A program made the position numbers and the translations under genes. Source: Moniliella sp. 'wahieum' (taxonomy: Eukaryota). From it: 64,000 nucleotides of DNA. Below are positions 11,835 to 24,663 of this stretch, piece after piece. The first letter of the stretch is position 1, and every line of letters starts with the position of its first letter. The notes under the pieces are model-generated. The model did no database searches and had not been told where the DNA came from. It saw nothing but the letters and a program-made list of their open reading frames with translations. The DNA is taken from the NCBI GenBank assembly GCA_003971905.1, contig RSEE01000055.1:124001-188000 (forward strand), given 5' to 3'.

Positions 11835-14800
11835 TTAGGCATGGACACGATCCCGCTAGCCAACAGAAGGTTAGTAGCACAGCAGAGATAGATTGGGGAG
11901 AATTGAACGCACCTGAATCGTCGAGTTGCCGGCCAAGTCGCGATCGACGCGGTTGTACCATTCAAGCACCCCGCATTCTGCCAACCGAGTGAGGAACTGT
12001 TCGTCGTGAGTGATGATGATCAGCTGAGAGCGGCCGTTGGCGGCGCGCCGCTCCTTGATCAAGTCGGCAAGAGAACGGGCGAGGGCCTCAATGTTCTGAT
12101 GGTCCAGGTTTGTCGTTGGCTCGTTAGCGCCAAAAGAGAACAGTCCATGCTAAAAGAGTCTGCCAGCGCAAGACGAATGATGATGGAGGCCAACACTTTC
12201 TGTCCGGCCGAGCAACGGCCTCGCATGTCCATCTCAGCCCCATTCTTGACCATCGTGACACGGTAGTTGTATGTCCTCCTGGCCGCTGTTGAACTCTTGT
12301 CGGACGCCTCGGCCTTGATCATGATCTTCTCAATGTCGATACCTTGGTACGTCTTGCCCCAGAGGTAGTTGATGTTTTCGTTGATCTCTGCCATTTTGAT
12401 TGTGTGGTACTCGAGAATGCCCGTTTCGATGGAGCGTCGCAGCTTGTCCAAGTCTCGGTTCGCCCTCTCGTTGAGCTGAAACTCGGTTTGCTTGGCAACC
12501 AGGCGCTTGTTTGCATCGCGGAAATCTTCTTGCATCTCCTCTTCAGAAGACTTGAGCTGTTGAGTCAAACTCGCAATCTCGCCGCGCAAGTGGGCTGCCT
12601 GCCCCGCCCGTTCCCGCTCTTGGCGTCGGGACTCTGCATACTGCGTATTGAGTCGTTGCAGCGCCTCAATCTTGTCCAGCGGATCTAGATCGGCAATCTC
12701 CTGCTTCAACGAAGCAATTGTGGCAAGTGTCTTGCGATACCGCAGATTGTCATGCAAGTTGCGTTCCGTCGCGCCAGCTCAGTTCGTTGTCGGGTAACCT
12801 TGCTGGCCTCCTCCTCAACACGGGCAAGTTCAGTTTTCAGCGTCTCGCGCTCCTCCTCCAAAGAAGCCAGCGCCGCTCACATGTAGCGAGTTTGCGCTCG
12901 TTCCCCTGGGCTTGAATGGCGTTGAGCTCCTCGTCGATGGATCCCAACTCCCTCTGCGCCGATTTGACCTCCTCCACCAGCTGAGAGTGAAGTGCCTCTA
13001 CCTTCTCTCGTTGGGAGCGTGCGTCCCGCTGCCGTGCCTGAGCAGGTGTAATGGCGCTTTTGATCTGGGAGAGAGTGCTGGTCATTTCTTCCAACTGCGC
13101 TTCCGTCTGGGCAAGAGCCTTCCTTCCTTCCTCCACTTGCTCCTGGAGACCTTCCTTGCGCCGCCGTTCCTCCTCTGCCGCATGGCGAGCATTTTGGCCG
13201 CGTTCAAACTGCGTTCAGCAATTGTCACTGCGCGCTCGGCCTCGTTCCGCTCGTATCAATCTGGGAAAGGAGCTGCATAGCATCCCGATGGGCCTTGGTC
13301 GTGCTCTGGAGGCACGTCTCCAGCTCCGCCGCCGTCTCGGGGGTCTGGCCCAACTCCTCTAACTCCCGCTGGGTTTGGGCCGCTTCCTCCTTCAGTGCTT
13401 CGGCTTGTTCCTGGCGGGCACAAATTCGTTGAGCGTACCCCGGAGGGAAGGAGACTGTCGACAGTCTCCTGGGCATGCTGCACAGCCTCCTGACTGTGTC
13501 GCGAAGAGATCATCACCTCCTCCCGTTTCTTATCCGAACGTAGTACGGTCTCCCTCCCCTCTTGCAGCTCGTTACGCCAAGCTTGGACCATATCATGCTG
13601 CGCACGGAGCGATTCGACCTTGCGAATATCTTCCTTCAACCCTTCGAGATCGCTCTGTTCGAGCGCATAGCCTTTGGCCAAGCGGTCGTCCATGATCTTC
13701 TTCTGCTCAAGGATAAATGCGTGTACTTGGGGCAGATCATCATGTGAAACCCCGCGGCCGCAGGCTTTGCAGGGACGGTGGTGCTCAACTACCTCAACCA
13801 GCATCTGGCCGAAGAACTTGCTCATCTCCTGCGGCGACTGGGCAAGTTTCCTCTCCAATGCTTCTTGTTCGCCCAGGAGGGACTGATACGCCTGCTCGAT
13901 AGAACCGTTAAATTCGCCTTCGTTCGCCTCCACTGACTTGAGTGTCGCCTCTTTGCGTTCCTCATACTCCGCCAACTTCGACTGCACCTCCTTAGCGTAC
14001 GCTGGGCGACGTTGATTTCCATCTGGGCCGACTGAAGCGCATCTTCCTCCTCCCGATCCTTCTTTTGGGCTTGGCGAAGCTCTTCCTCAGCCGAATTGAG
14101 CGAATGGGCGAGGCGCTGAGGAGCATCCGCACTTTCCATCCCTTCGCCCCCCACGAGTTTGTCCCACCGGGGCGCAGTGACTTAGCCAGATCCGAGGCCT
14201 GATTGATCTTGTCCTGACGTTCCTTGACCTTGAGCTCCCACTTGGCTCGCACCGTGGCCGAGACGTTAAATGCTCGGAGACGAGCGTTGAGCCCCTCAAC
14301 CTCTTTCTGGAGCTTATCCACCCGCTCTCGCTGTTCGCCACGACGTTGATCAAATGCGCCCTCGGCCAATGCACGTTGGGCGTGAACTAGGTTGGCTTCC
14401 TCCCCTGCCACTTCGGCCTGGACCCTGTGCCCCGATGTTTCGGACAAGACGATCTGCTGGACCTTGGACTCGAGGTCGGCAAGTTTGGTCTGCTGAGCCT
14501 GACGGCTGGAGCAAGGCCGCTTTGGCCGTCCTGTTCGCGACTGACCCAGGAGCTTGCTCAGCTCCTCCTCGGCGAGGGAGAGTGCATGTCGTGCCTCGGT
14601 CACAGCTTCTGTTTGTGCCTCGCTCCGCCGCGCGAGCTCCGAAGAGAGGTGAGTGTCAAACTGGGCGCTATCGGCTTGGGACAGAGCACGGGAGGCATCG
14701 TACCCTCGGATTCCCAATGCTCGACTGAGTGTGTGCACCTTGTCTGTCCTCTTGGCCATGAGCTCATGATAGGTACGTATCCGAGCCTCTAGACCCCCCT

Positions 14801-15848
14801 TTTCGGAAAATTTCTTTTGGCGCTCTTGATCCAGCTCGTCTATCCTGCCTCGGACACGGGCCAGGGACGGCTCTTGCTCTTGCTCTCCTCGTCCAACGCG
14901 CAAGGTACTGGTGAAACCCATCGAGGCGTTCGCGCAATTCCTCGTCTGAACCTCGATCGTCTCCATGCCAATCGAAGCGATTCAAGTTCTTGTTGGCGCA
15001 AGGCTTCTCGTTCCTCTAGCAACTTGAGTTCGTTGACCGCTTTTTGTGCCTCAGCCGCCTTGTCGGCCGTTTGTTGATTCTCTTTCCCTCGTCGAGCAAG
15101 TTCATCCTCCAAGGCAGCCGACGCCGCCTCCTTCTCGTCCAACGCGGCCGTCAGCACAGCGATCTTGCGCTCGAGTTTCCCCTGCATTCTCTGTCGCGCT
15201 TGAGGCCCTCAAGCTCTTTGGCATCGATCTTGGCCTGGACTTGGCGTTCCTTGTAAAGAGACGTGACGCTGGTTAGGGCCTTGGTCCACTTGGTTGCTTC
15301 AAAAATCTCATCAAACTTGATTTTGAGTTTGGACGACTCGGACATGGGCCAGTTGCTGTCCTCCTGGTGGCAAAATGACGTTTTCCAGATCGCCTTGCTC
15401 ACGCCCATCTCTCGCGGCACAAGGTCGTCCACATCGTTGCACCGGACGCTGATCGCTGGGTTTTTGCCATGGGCATCCCGGTTTCTGGGTCATCCTTGTA
15501 AAGTGTGTTTTCCAAGGTCTTCATGGACAGTCCGCCGCCGGCCTTGGTGGAGACCATGAGCTTGCGCTGGACCATAAAGCGTTCGCCGCGGTTGTTTCGG
15601 AAGATGAGGCTGACATGGGCATGCACTTGGGGCGAGCCAGCCATATGGGGGTCGTAGACAAAGGCACCCTTGGTGTTGGGGGGCAAGACGCCTGTGGTGG
15701 CGTACTTGAGGCATTCGATGATGGTCGTTTTGCCGCTTCCGTTCTGCCCTACAATGACGGTGAGCGGCGAGTAAAAGGAGCAGCTCTGCTCGTCGCGGTC
15801 GCTGAAGGCGCGTATGCCGCTGATGGCCATGCGGTAGAGGTGGGCCAT
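11835..15848 (-). CDS. RAD50: DNA repair protein Rad50 (MRN complex, SMC-like ATPase)
   Basis: N-terminus MAHLYRMAISGIRAF..GQNGSGKTTIIECLKYATTG, FCHQEDSNWP, zinc hook CKAC, signature MRGRCSAGQKVLASIIIRLALA, QLIIITHDE. Terminal GTGCGT..CTAAC..TAG intron 11856-11912, then RDRVHA*. Confidence 0.97.
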
Positions 15849-16108
15849 GGCGGGTTAGCAGGTGGTGGATGGGATGCGACGAGGGGGGGCGGGTGTGGTA
15901 ACGGGCAACTAATGGTCACTGCTAATTAGAGTGTGGGAGCACCGCTTGCAGCGGAATGGGCGGGCGGAAGACGGCTGATGTAGAAATGTGTGAGACGTGG
16001 ACTGAGCGTGACGCGCGCGTCGTCTTTCTGGGGTAACCGGTAAGGCTGGCGAAGCTTCAGGTGCCCAATGGCCGTCCTCTGTTCGCCACGACTCCCACCC
16101 CCATCGAG

Positions 16109-17006
16109 ATGAGTGAGCAGCAGGTTGTTCTGATTACCGGCGCATCCCGCGGGATGGGCCTGCAGGTGGCCAAGTTCCTCCTCCACGGCACCCACAGTAT
16201 CCCCCCCTCCCGCGTTGTCTCCCTCTCCCGCTCCCGCCCCCCCGCGCTGAGCGAGCTGCAAGCGCAGTTCCCCCACAATCTCCTTCTTGTCCAGGGCGAC
16301 GTTACCAACCTGGACGACAACCAAGCTGCCGTCAAGGCTGCCCTTGACACGTGGGGTCGGCTGGATGCTGTTGTGCTCAACGGTGGCCTGATCCACTTTG
16401 GTTCGCTGGCCACGATGGATCCAGCCATGTTTGCCAATGTGCTTCAGGTCAACTTGGTCAGCTTGCAACTCACCCTTCATGCAGCTCTACCAGCCCTGCG
16501 TAACTCCCCTGGGCAAGGCAAGGTCGTCCTCGTCTCCTCCGGCGCTGCTGTTCCTCCCGTGCCGCCTGGGGCGCTTACAATGCCTCCAAGGCCGGTGCGA
16601 ACGCATTGATGCGTACCCTTGCTTCGGAGGAAGGAGGGGTGCCAACGCGGCGCCCATCGCCGTTTTTCTGTTCGTCCGGGACAGGTGGATACACAGGTTT
16701 GTATCCAATCCTCTGCTCTAATTTTTAGTGGGAGCTGACACCATGACCTATGATAGATGCAGGAGGAGATGCGGGATGCCCATCGTCCCGACTTTGACCA
16801 GGCTACGTTTGATTCCTTTTCCCAGGCCCACCGCGGAGGCAAGCTACTCAAGGTGGAACAGCCTTCGCATGTGATTGCTGCCTTGTCTGTACTGGGATCC
16901 CGCTCTTCCCCGCCAACAGCAGCGGAGAGGGCTTGGGCGCCCAAGGTGCGTTTTTCAACTGGAATGCCCCGAGGTCGCAGAGGCTACTTGGCAGTGGCAG
17001 GCCTAA
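16109..17006 (+). CDS. short-chain dehydrogenase/reductase (end approximate)
   Basis: VVLITGASRGMG, GDVT, LDAVVLNGG, VNL, VSSGAA. YxxxK (WGAYNASK) lies in the shifted frame near 16570. Probable intron around 16697-16756. Confidence 0.9.
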
Positions 17007-17577
17007 AAGCCAACGCACAATGGCTGTTCCTTTGGCAGCAAAACATTGGTGTAGGCTGTCGTACGTGGCATATTTTCCTCGGTACAGATGACACAAGACA
17101 TTGGCAAGGGCGAGGGCCAAAGGAGTACGGGCAATCCATGTAGTGCGAACACACACGCTGTAACGTCCACTATCTCAGCTCGACCTTTTCCTTGTTCCTG
17201 CGCGTATTGCATCGCCAGTGCATTCGTTGTGAGGGCATGCTCAGGTGTATTTGCAAACCGACACAGCGATATGAGATTCTGTTTGTGCGTGCTCTACGAG
17301 GAATGGAGGAGGCCGGAGGCGAAGGTGAGGCCGAAGGACGTGATGGGCGTGAGGTGCAAAGAGCAAGACTGGGCGAGGGTCGAGGCCTCCTCCATCATGC
17401 ATCATGTCATCGATCATCGCATCCCAATGTCCAATCACATGTCACACCCACATCACCTGCTGTCGACTGGCGAGTGTCCGCAGCCGGTGCGCAGCTCAGG
17501 TAGGGACAGGATGGGACGCAGGTGTGATGTGGGTTGGATGGTCAGGGCACGCCCCACTCCACTGGCTCTGTCCCCCC

Positions 17578-18782
17578 ATGCCCTCGCCGGTGTCGTGGGC
17601 GTCGCGCCGCGCGCACCGCACCCAGTCCTTCGACTCGGCCGCTGCTCCGCGGCCAGCCCACCGCGGGTGGGAGCTCAACTACCTCCCCGCCCGCCCCGCC
17701 CGCCCGCCCACGCCGCCCCCCGTCTCCTCCGCCCTCGGCCCCACCTCCACCCCGAATCCCATCTCGACCCCCCCCCAGGGCCGCACCGCGTCGCTGCGCC
17801 CTGGCACGCTGGCCAGCGCCTCGTCCGCCGCGCCCGCCACCGCCACCGCCACCGCCGCCCACCTGCCTCTTCCGCCGCCACCGTCCCCCCCGCCGACGGC
17901 CCCCCGTCGCGCCGGCGCCGCTCTCGGTGCCCCGCCAACATCGTCCCCTGTGTCTTCCCGCCGTATGCACAGCACTCGCTCGCTGTCCTGCTCGAGGTGC
18001 TCGTCAGCGGCCGTGTGCGGTCCAAGATGCGCGGTGTCGACCGGGCGACGAACGAGGTGGTGTTTGTGTGGCGCCGGGTGCAGGGATGTGGGAAAAAGTG
18101 TATGACCTGGTGGACGTACGGACGGGGGAGGTGGTGGTCCGTACGCGGCACGATTGGGGTACCAACACGTTTGCAGCGGAAGACCCAGTGTTGGGCGGCG
18201 CCCGCTTTGCCATTCGCCGTCGGACCCTCTTGTCGAGCGAGATGGTGGTGGACTGTGCCCTGGCCGCTCCAGCGGCCGGCCTGATGGTCGCCCGTTTCCG
18301 ATCGTACACCGACCCTACCAGCACACCCATGAGATTCTCCATCCCGCCGGCCCCGTCCTGGCTACATCCAGATCGACAAACTGAGTGGGCGCTTGTGTCT
18401 CCGCCTTTGGGGTACGCTGCCCTCTGCCGCCCCGCGCAGGCTTGCCTGGACTAACCAACCTTCTGCACAGTCTCTCCTGGATTCGACATCATTGTGGCCT
18501 TTGTGGTGGCCTGTGCTCGCCAAGAAAGAAGGTGGATTGGGCTATCGACCCACGACGGGGAACTTCAACGTGCCCCTACGCTTCACAGTCCCGATTACGA
18601 TCGGTGTTACGGCACCCGCACTGGCTCCTACGATGGCACGTACGCTGCGTAACCTCTTTGCATGGCCACGCAGCCGTCCCATCATCACTCGGTCCGCTCA
18701 TGGGCCATCCACCTTCCATCCACCATCCTTTTTCCTCGACTTCATCCACCCTCCGTACCCCTATGTCCTTAGTCCCTCATGA
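17578..18782 (+). CDS. hypothetical protein with Pro/Ala-rich N-terminus and globular beta-rich C-terminal region
   Basis: Protein-like segments in ORFs 17404..18105, 17534..18454 and 18393..18782; probable intron around 18385-18470 with CTAAC..CAG. Confidence 0.5.
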
Positions 18783-19348
18783 TATCTTTGCCCGGCATCC
18801 TGGCCGCTTCACATCTGGCGTCCCCAAATCTACCCTCGCTCTGTTACTTTGGCTCGGCGACCCCCGCTCGACACTGGGCCGCTATTCAGTGCGAGTCCGA
18901 GGGAGGGGTCCCGCATACACCGGTTGTACCACGTTTACCCCTTTGTCTATCCTCTGTTACATGTTATCCTCTGTTACCTCTATTGTCTCATACCATTAAC
19001 TTCACACAGGCTGGGGTCGGGAAACATCTGATGCCGTTTTGTCGGTCTTAGTGCACCGCTCTTTCCTTTCCCCCCTGATTGCCGGTGAGGTATCGCCGCC
19101 TCCAACGTAGCCCGTCCGCGTTGCCTGGCGACCATGCTTACGCAGTGAGTGGGGCCGCAACAGGGAACATTGATGATACGCGAGAAGTTGAGGGTGCTAA
19201 GGCGTCCGTCAGCCCAAACCAAGCTGACCACCCCCTCGTGCTTGTTCACAAGAACCGAGACCCATGATAGATGAACAAGTGGAGCTGTACTGAGTTGCTT
19301 ACATTCTCTCCACATCTAGAAGCACAATGCAAGTTGCTTGGGACCTTC

Positions 19349-19391
19349 GTCCCAAGATTAAGTTCTGTCAATGATATGGTTGCAGTATAGC
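19349..19391 (+). repeat. dispersed repeat segment shared with 58975-59015 (probable TE remnant)
   Basis: gtcccaagattaagttctgtcaatgatatggttgcagtatagc vs gtcccagccttaagctctgtcaatgatatgtatgcaatagc. Confidence 0.6.
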
Positions 19392-19691
19392 ATGCCAGTC
19401 CATAATATGTTTCTTGCCAGACAGAGAGATGGGGTGTCACTGTATCTAATCTCCCTCTATGCACTAGGCTAGTCCCTGCACTTACCTTGGCTCTGTTCAA
19501 GGTTCAAGGTTCAAGGTGGAATCACGATCAATAACGAGCGAGTGCGAGAGAGAAGCGAGAAACAGTTTACTTTGCAGCGCCTGACCAAGCCCGATCGGGC
19601 GTGGCCGGTGGGGGGTCAACAAATGTCAGAGAGGGTCTGGGGGTCAAACTGGCGAACACACACGCAGTTGCGCAAGTGCAGGAAACGGAGC

Positions 19692-19722
19692 GATGGAATG
19701 GAATGGAATGAATTGGAATGAG
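19692..19722. repeat. (GGAAT)n microsatellite
   Basis: gatggaatggaatggaatgaattggaatgag. Confidence 0.7.
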
Positions 19723-19918
19723 ATGAACGACCGGAGGGAATCGCGTCTCACGCCTCAGGCTTCAGGAATCAAGCGTCAAAGAACGAGAAACCCAAGTTCA
19801 TGATGAGATGAGGAACAAGGAACAAGGAACGGTAGAGGAAGGAGGAATGAAGCTAGGAGGAGGGAGGAGATTGAATATTGAGCAATGGAGGAGGGAGGTA
19901 GGGAGAACGGGGACCGAA

Positions 19919-22900
19919 TCAGTCTCTAATGCAGTGACAGGAAAAGAATGGGGAGGGGGAGGATGCGCCGAACCGACAAGCGAGGGCGCGGCGGCAACGG
20001 TTCTCCCTGCAACACGCGGTCCAGGCGGGCAACCAAGTCGGGGTCCAATGCCCATTGCGCCGCACGTGATTGACTCGGTGGGGGGGGGGGGCGGGGGCCG
20101 AAGGCGAGGCCGGGACGAGGACTGGAGCTGGAGCTGCCGCGATAGTTGGGCGGGATCCCAAGGGGGAAAACGGGATGGGGAAGGTGTGGTGAACGCCAGC
20201 GGGACCGCAGGCTGGACCCTTCCCCAATCGGTACATCTTCCCATTGTCCGACCCGCAGTGGGTCCATGCGCGCCTCAAGGCGGGACAAGGGAGGGTCAAG
20301 CAGGCGGCGCGTAAACGCGTCGGGGCCCACCAGGTCGTGCGCAAGATCATGCGCTTGAGCAGTGGTGGAGTGGGCCGATAGAGCCCAGGGGGGTTGGTCG
20401 GCTTCGTCGCCCTGAAAGGGAATACCGGCCCGCGAGGGCTGAAGAGCCCGCCCTGCTCCAGGCGCATACTCAGTCGGCCAAATGCTTCCCTCGAGACGGT
20501 GAGCCGACGGTCGCCAAGGAGTGTGCGACGCTGCTGGTCCGACGGATGCAACGTTTCCATCACCAACTCCATCGTGCCCGGGTCTGGCTTTCTGGCGTTC
20601 TGGCCACCACAGACGGGAGGGATTGCATCCCTTGTGAGGCAGGGATGGGCATGTGCTCGATCCCAAGTGTCACTGCCGCCTGTACCGCAGCTCTTGTATA
20701 TGCGTCTTCGGTTCGCTCCCCATCCTGGGGCAACATCACGTTGACCGTGTGGCATGCTGCTGCTGCTTCCATGTAGAGGGAATCCGAGTCGGGAGGCAGG
20801 GCTGGACGTGCAGCAAGGCCTGTAGGATGAAACATCCGCCGCCAATGAGGTAGAATGGAAAGGTAATCCCTCAGGTTATGGACCCCGCTTCCAGAGTAGA
20901 CGCAAAACGTGGCGCGCTGGTGCTCATTGAACTCGGGTGGCGGGGCACGGCACATGCACTGTAACTCTTCTTGCGGAACGCGGGTACGCCTGTCAGGGAC
21001 AGGTGGGTGAGCTTGTTGAGCTTGGAACGGCGTAGTACACCCCAGGGACAGTCAGACGATCGCAGTACGAAAGATGAATCCGCTCCAGTGACGTGTGTCG
21101 TTCGACCAGGGAGATAAGGGCCGCATCAGTCAGTCCTTGGACCTTGACAAGCCCGATCCGGCGCAGCTTGGGCAAATTCAGACCAATCTCTCGTACCGCC
21201 GCATCAGTCAAGTCAGGGCAATAAGCAAGATCGATGTACCGCAAGCGAGTGCAGGAGCGCACCAGATACTTGATACCCCGGTCTGTAATCCTAATAGTAT
21301 CAGTCATGGTCAGTATAGGGCCCGTCAACGTGGTGCGGTGTAGGAACGTACTTTTCGCATCGACCCAAATGGAGGTAGTGAAGGTTTTTCCCTAAGCGCG
21401 AGATGGCGTAGATGGCATCGTCGGTCAGGAGCGAACATTTCGAAAGAACCAAATTGCGCAACTTGGGAGAATGGTTAATGATCCCTTCGATAGCCGAATC
21501 GGTGAGCTGGGTGCAGTTGCCCAAATCGAGGATTCGGAGTTGCTCAAAGATGCGTGGTGGGCGTGGTGGGAGCGAGGCATGGGAAAGCGGGGGGATGTCC
21601 ATCTCCTTGTGAGGTGAAACGCCGCTTGCGCGTGAGGCCGTCGGACAAGCTGAAAGCACACCCGATAGTTCCGAACCGTATACGTCCTCTTCGTGAGTCA
21701 CGTCATCCTCGTCAAGAAGTGCGATCTTGGACGCATCGCGCACATCGGCGGGAACATGTCATCCTCCCATTATTGTCGAGGACGATGCCATTGGAGAGAA
21801 CGTTGGTGCGGCGAACAAGACCAGCATTAGGTGCTGGGAAACCCAGGGAGGTAAGTTGCAGGCAGCTGTAAGCTTCAGTTCACGAAGAACATGGGTGTGT
21901 CGCCAGATGGCGGCCACCCCCTCGTCCGAGACTTCAATGCAACCCGTCAAATCAATCTCCAGCAGATGACGGCAGTGCCGTGCAAGGGCGACACAGCACT
22001 GTTATTGACAAGAGCGCAATTGCCGAGCTTGACCCTGCGAAGTAGGGGACAGTGCAAGGCGAGGGGGATGACGCCTTTACTCGAAATCTTGGAACAGTTG
22101 GTAAGGTTGATACCTTGTAGGCGGGGGCACGCCTTGGCAATGTCTTCGAGTGTCTCGTCCGTAAGCTGGGCCACATCCGTTAGGTCAATGGCCACCATGG
22201 CGGTGCATTGGGGGAGCACGTCGCGCAAGATGTCGTCAGGCAAGTGTTTGGCCCCCCAAGGTCAGCCTTTCCAACTGGCGGCAGTGCGCAATTGCACGGA
22301 ACACCTGGGCACGGGGACCAGCCAGATCTTTGCCAATCAAACAGCAGTTGATCCTTCTCACATAATCGCTGTAGGGAACATGGTTTCAGGTGGCCCCGAT
22401 CCTTCTTCCAGCCCTAGGGGCGAGGTGACCAGAGGCAAGACCAAGGGGACCGGGGGTGTGGATGGGGATGAAATTAAATCCGACGATTGTGGCGGCGGTA
22501 GGAGTGCCGCTCTCTGACACGCCATGGTCAGGCAGTGGATTCCATAAACACCGACAAGAAGTCGGGTCGCTTCAGGAAGAGCGTTCGAGATTGAGTCTGT
22601 AGTGGCAGACCACCGCCAGTGGAGTGATCCGAAAGCTGGAGGATGGCGAGGGCGGACTGGAGAGACGGGGACAAAGTCTGCCCAGTTGAGCCAGCCAGGA
22701 CGGCGACCATGTGGTCAATACCCGAGGGGAGTGAATGTGTGTTTGTACCAGCAGCTCAAGGCCAGCATGGCACCAACGATGGCTGACGACCAAGCATTCG
22801 GTGAGATCCGCAGAGCCGTTGGCCTGGACGAATCGGAGAATTTGAAGCAAGATCTCGTGCGGGAGGGTGGCGAAGGTGGTCTTTGGCAAGCTGTCCTCTA

Positions 22901-23517
22901 CCAAGGACGGTAGGGCGGGCGTATCTTGGCCTCGGGCGCATCCTCCTCGTCGTCTCATCAGCAGACGTCGGTCATCGTCGTCGTGCCAGGAGGCGGACAT
23001 GGAATGGGCCGATACAAAAGCAGAGGAAGCCGAGGGGGGGGGGGAGGTGGAGGGAGAGGGATGGAGAGGGCGAGCGAGACGGAGTGCGAGCACGGAATAG
23101 TCCCGTGTTCCCAGAGTGTCGGGCGAGTACGGGGAGTATCAAGCGAGAGAGTACCGCCGATGGGGTCCCGGTCAGCTGATCGGGGAGCAGCCGAGGGGTG
23201 AGCCAGAGAGGGTTTGGCGGTAGCGGCGCAGGCGCAGCGGCGCCAGCACTGGTGCCTACGTCCACTGGAGATTGGATCGAAGGCGGGGGCGGATGGATCC
23301 AGAGCGGGGCACGCAAAGAGGAGGAAGGCACGAGGGTGTCCTGCGCGCAAGGAGTGGAGCACGCAGTGGGATCCTCCACAGGGGACAGACGGACGCCGAT
23401 GGAGCTGGACTCGAGGTCGGCAGGGCTGGTGACAAGGGCCGGTGGCGGGTGGCGGGACGCGGGCGGAGCGCGGCAGGCAGGGGAGGTGTTGGCGGTGGAG
23501 GGAGGGGGGGGGCCCAT
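19919..23517 (-). CDS. GRR1: SCF F-box/leucine-rich-repeat protein Grr1 (ends approximate)
   Basis: F-box FATLPHEILLQILRFV..CLVVSHRWC; AMN1-type LRRs (CPRLQGINLTNC, LRILDLGNCTQLTD, CTRLRYIDLAYC, LPKLRRIGLVKV, LERIHLSYC); Grr1-type motif PPPEFNEHQRATFCVYSG. Confidence 0.9.
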
Positions 23518-23669
23518 GGCGGGCAGTGGGGGATGGTGGGGGCGTGTCTGAAGCGAGGCTTGGCAGCCGCAAATCGCCAATCAGTACTCAGTCATCGGCA
23601 TGCGTGTTCGCGTGCACTGAACACTGACGTTCACCTGAGCTCAAACGTTCATGTTAGCTGCCTCTCGGC

Positions 23670-23785
23670 CTCCGATCGCAGCCTCTCGTCTCGACTCTCC
23701 GATCGCAGCCTCTCGTCTCGACTCTCCGATCGCAGCCTCTCGTCTCGACTCTCCGATCGCAGCCTCTCGTCTCGACTCTCCGATC
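23670..23785. repeat. 27-nt minisatellite, 4 perfect copies plus 8 nt, upstream of GRR1
   Basis: ctccgatcgcagcctctcgtctcgact starting at 23670, 23697, 23724 and 23751. Confidence 0.95.
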
Positions 23786-24663
23786 CCAGCCGCCGCCAGC
23801 AGCAGCACGCTCAGCCGCAGCACGCCACAGCGCCCCACTCCCCAGGATACGCAACCCTAGCGACCCTTCCCACAACTGCCCTCATGCCTCATGCCCCATC
23901 CTGCATCCCGCCCCTAACCGATGCTAAATGTGAAGGACCGGTGACTAGTGACTAGTGACGCTAGTGACGAACTAGTGACGCGGGACACTTACTACCCACT
24001 GGTCACGTGCAGATAGCATGGTTCCTGTAGGTTCTTTTTCATCTTATCAGCAGAGCCTCGTGCCTAGTGCCCCCCCATACACGACAGCCCTACCACATCC
24101 AGCAGCCACATGCCACAGCCCCTCTCCGTTCACCATCCCATCTCTGCATCAACCCAACGCTCAACCTCAAATACGCTCAACCCGTGATCGATAAGCAAAA
24201 CCCAACACCACATATATGCCCCCGCCCAACATAATAGAGAGAGCAGCTGCCTCGCCGGCATTGGCTTCATCCAGTGCGGTTGCGACGCGCAGGGATGACT
24301 AGGGTATTCCGCTCAATCTAAATCCTATCCACAGTGGCGAGACACATCTTAACCAGCTTGTCAAGCTTCTCACGGTCTATTGAAACACCCCATCCGCAAA
24401 CCTCACACACCATCGCATCGAGCGCCCGTAGCATCCATTGGAATGAAGGTAGTGTGCATATTGCATGAAGCGGACAAAAAACGGAACTGTTCATCCATGT
24501 TCTGAAGATAATAGAGAAAGACTGAAAAACAGAATGAGATCGAATAGGTGCAACCTGAAAACGGATACAAGGGAACACTTTTTTCATGAAAGGCTTGATG
24601 CGATCAACAAGTTGGGTGACCAAGCGCCAAACCGAGAAAAAAAGAAGAGGACTGAGGACTGAT

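Noticed and set aside
11835..15848. RAD50 and other conserved genes as pseudogenes or programmed-frameshift genes
   Set aside because: Indels are scattered through all genes, often in short homopolymers, with intact motifs; sequencing error is the simpler explanation.
23670..23785. CRISPR-like repeat
   Set aside because: Units are directly adjacent with no spacers, the context is eukaryotic and no cas genes are present.
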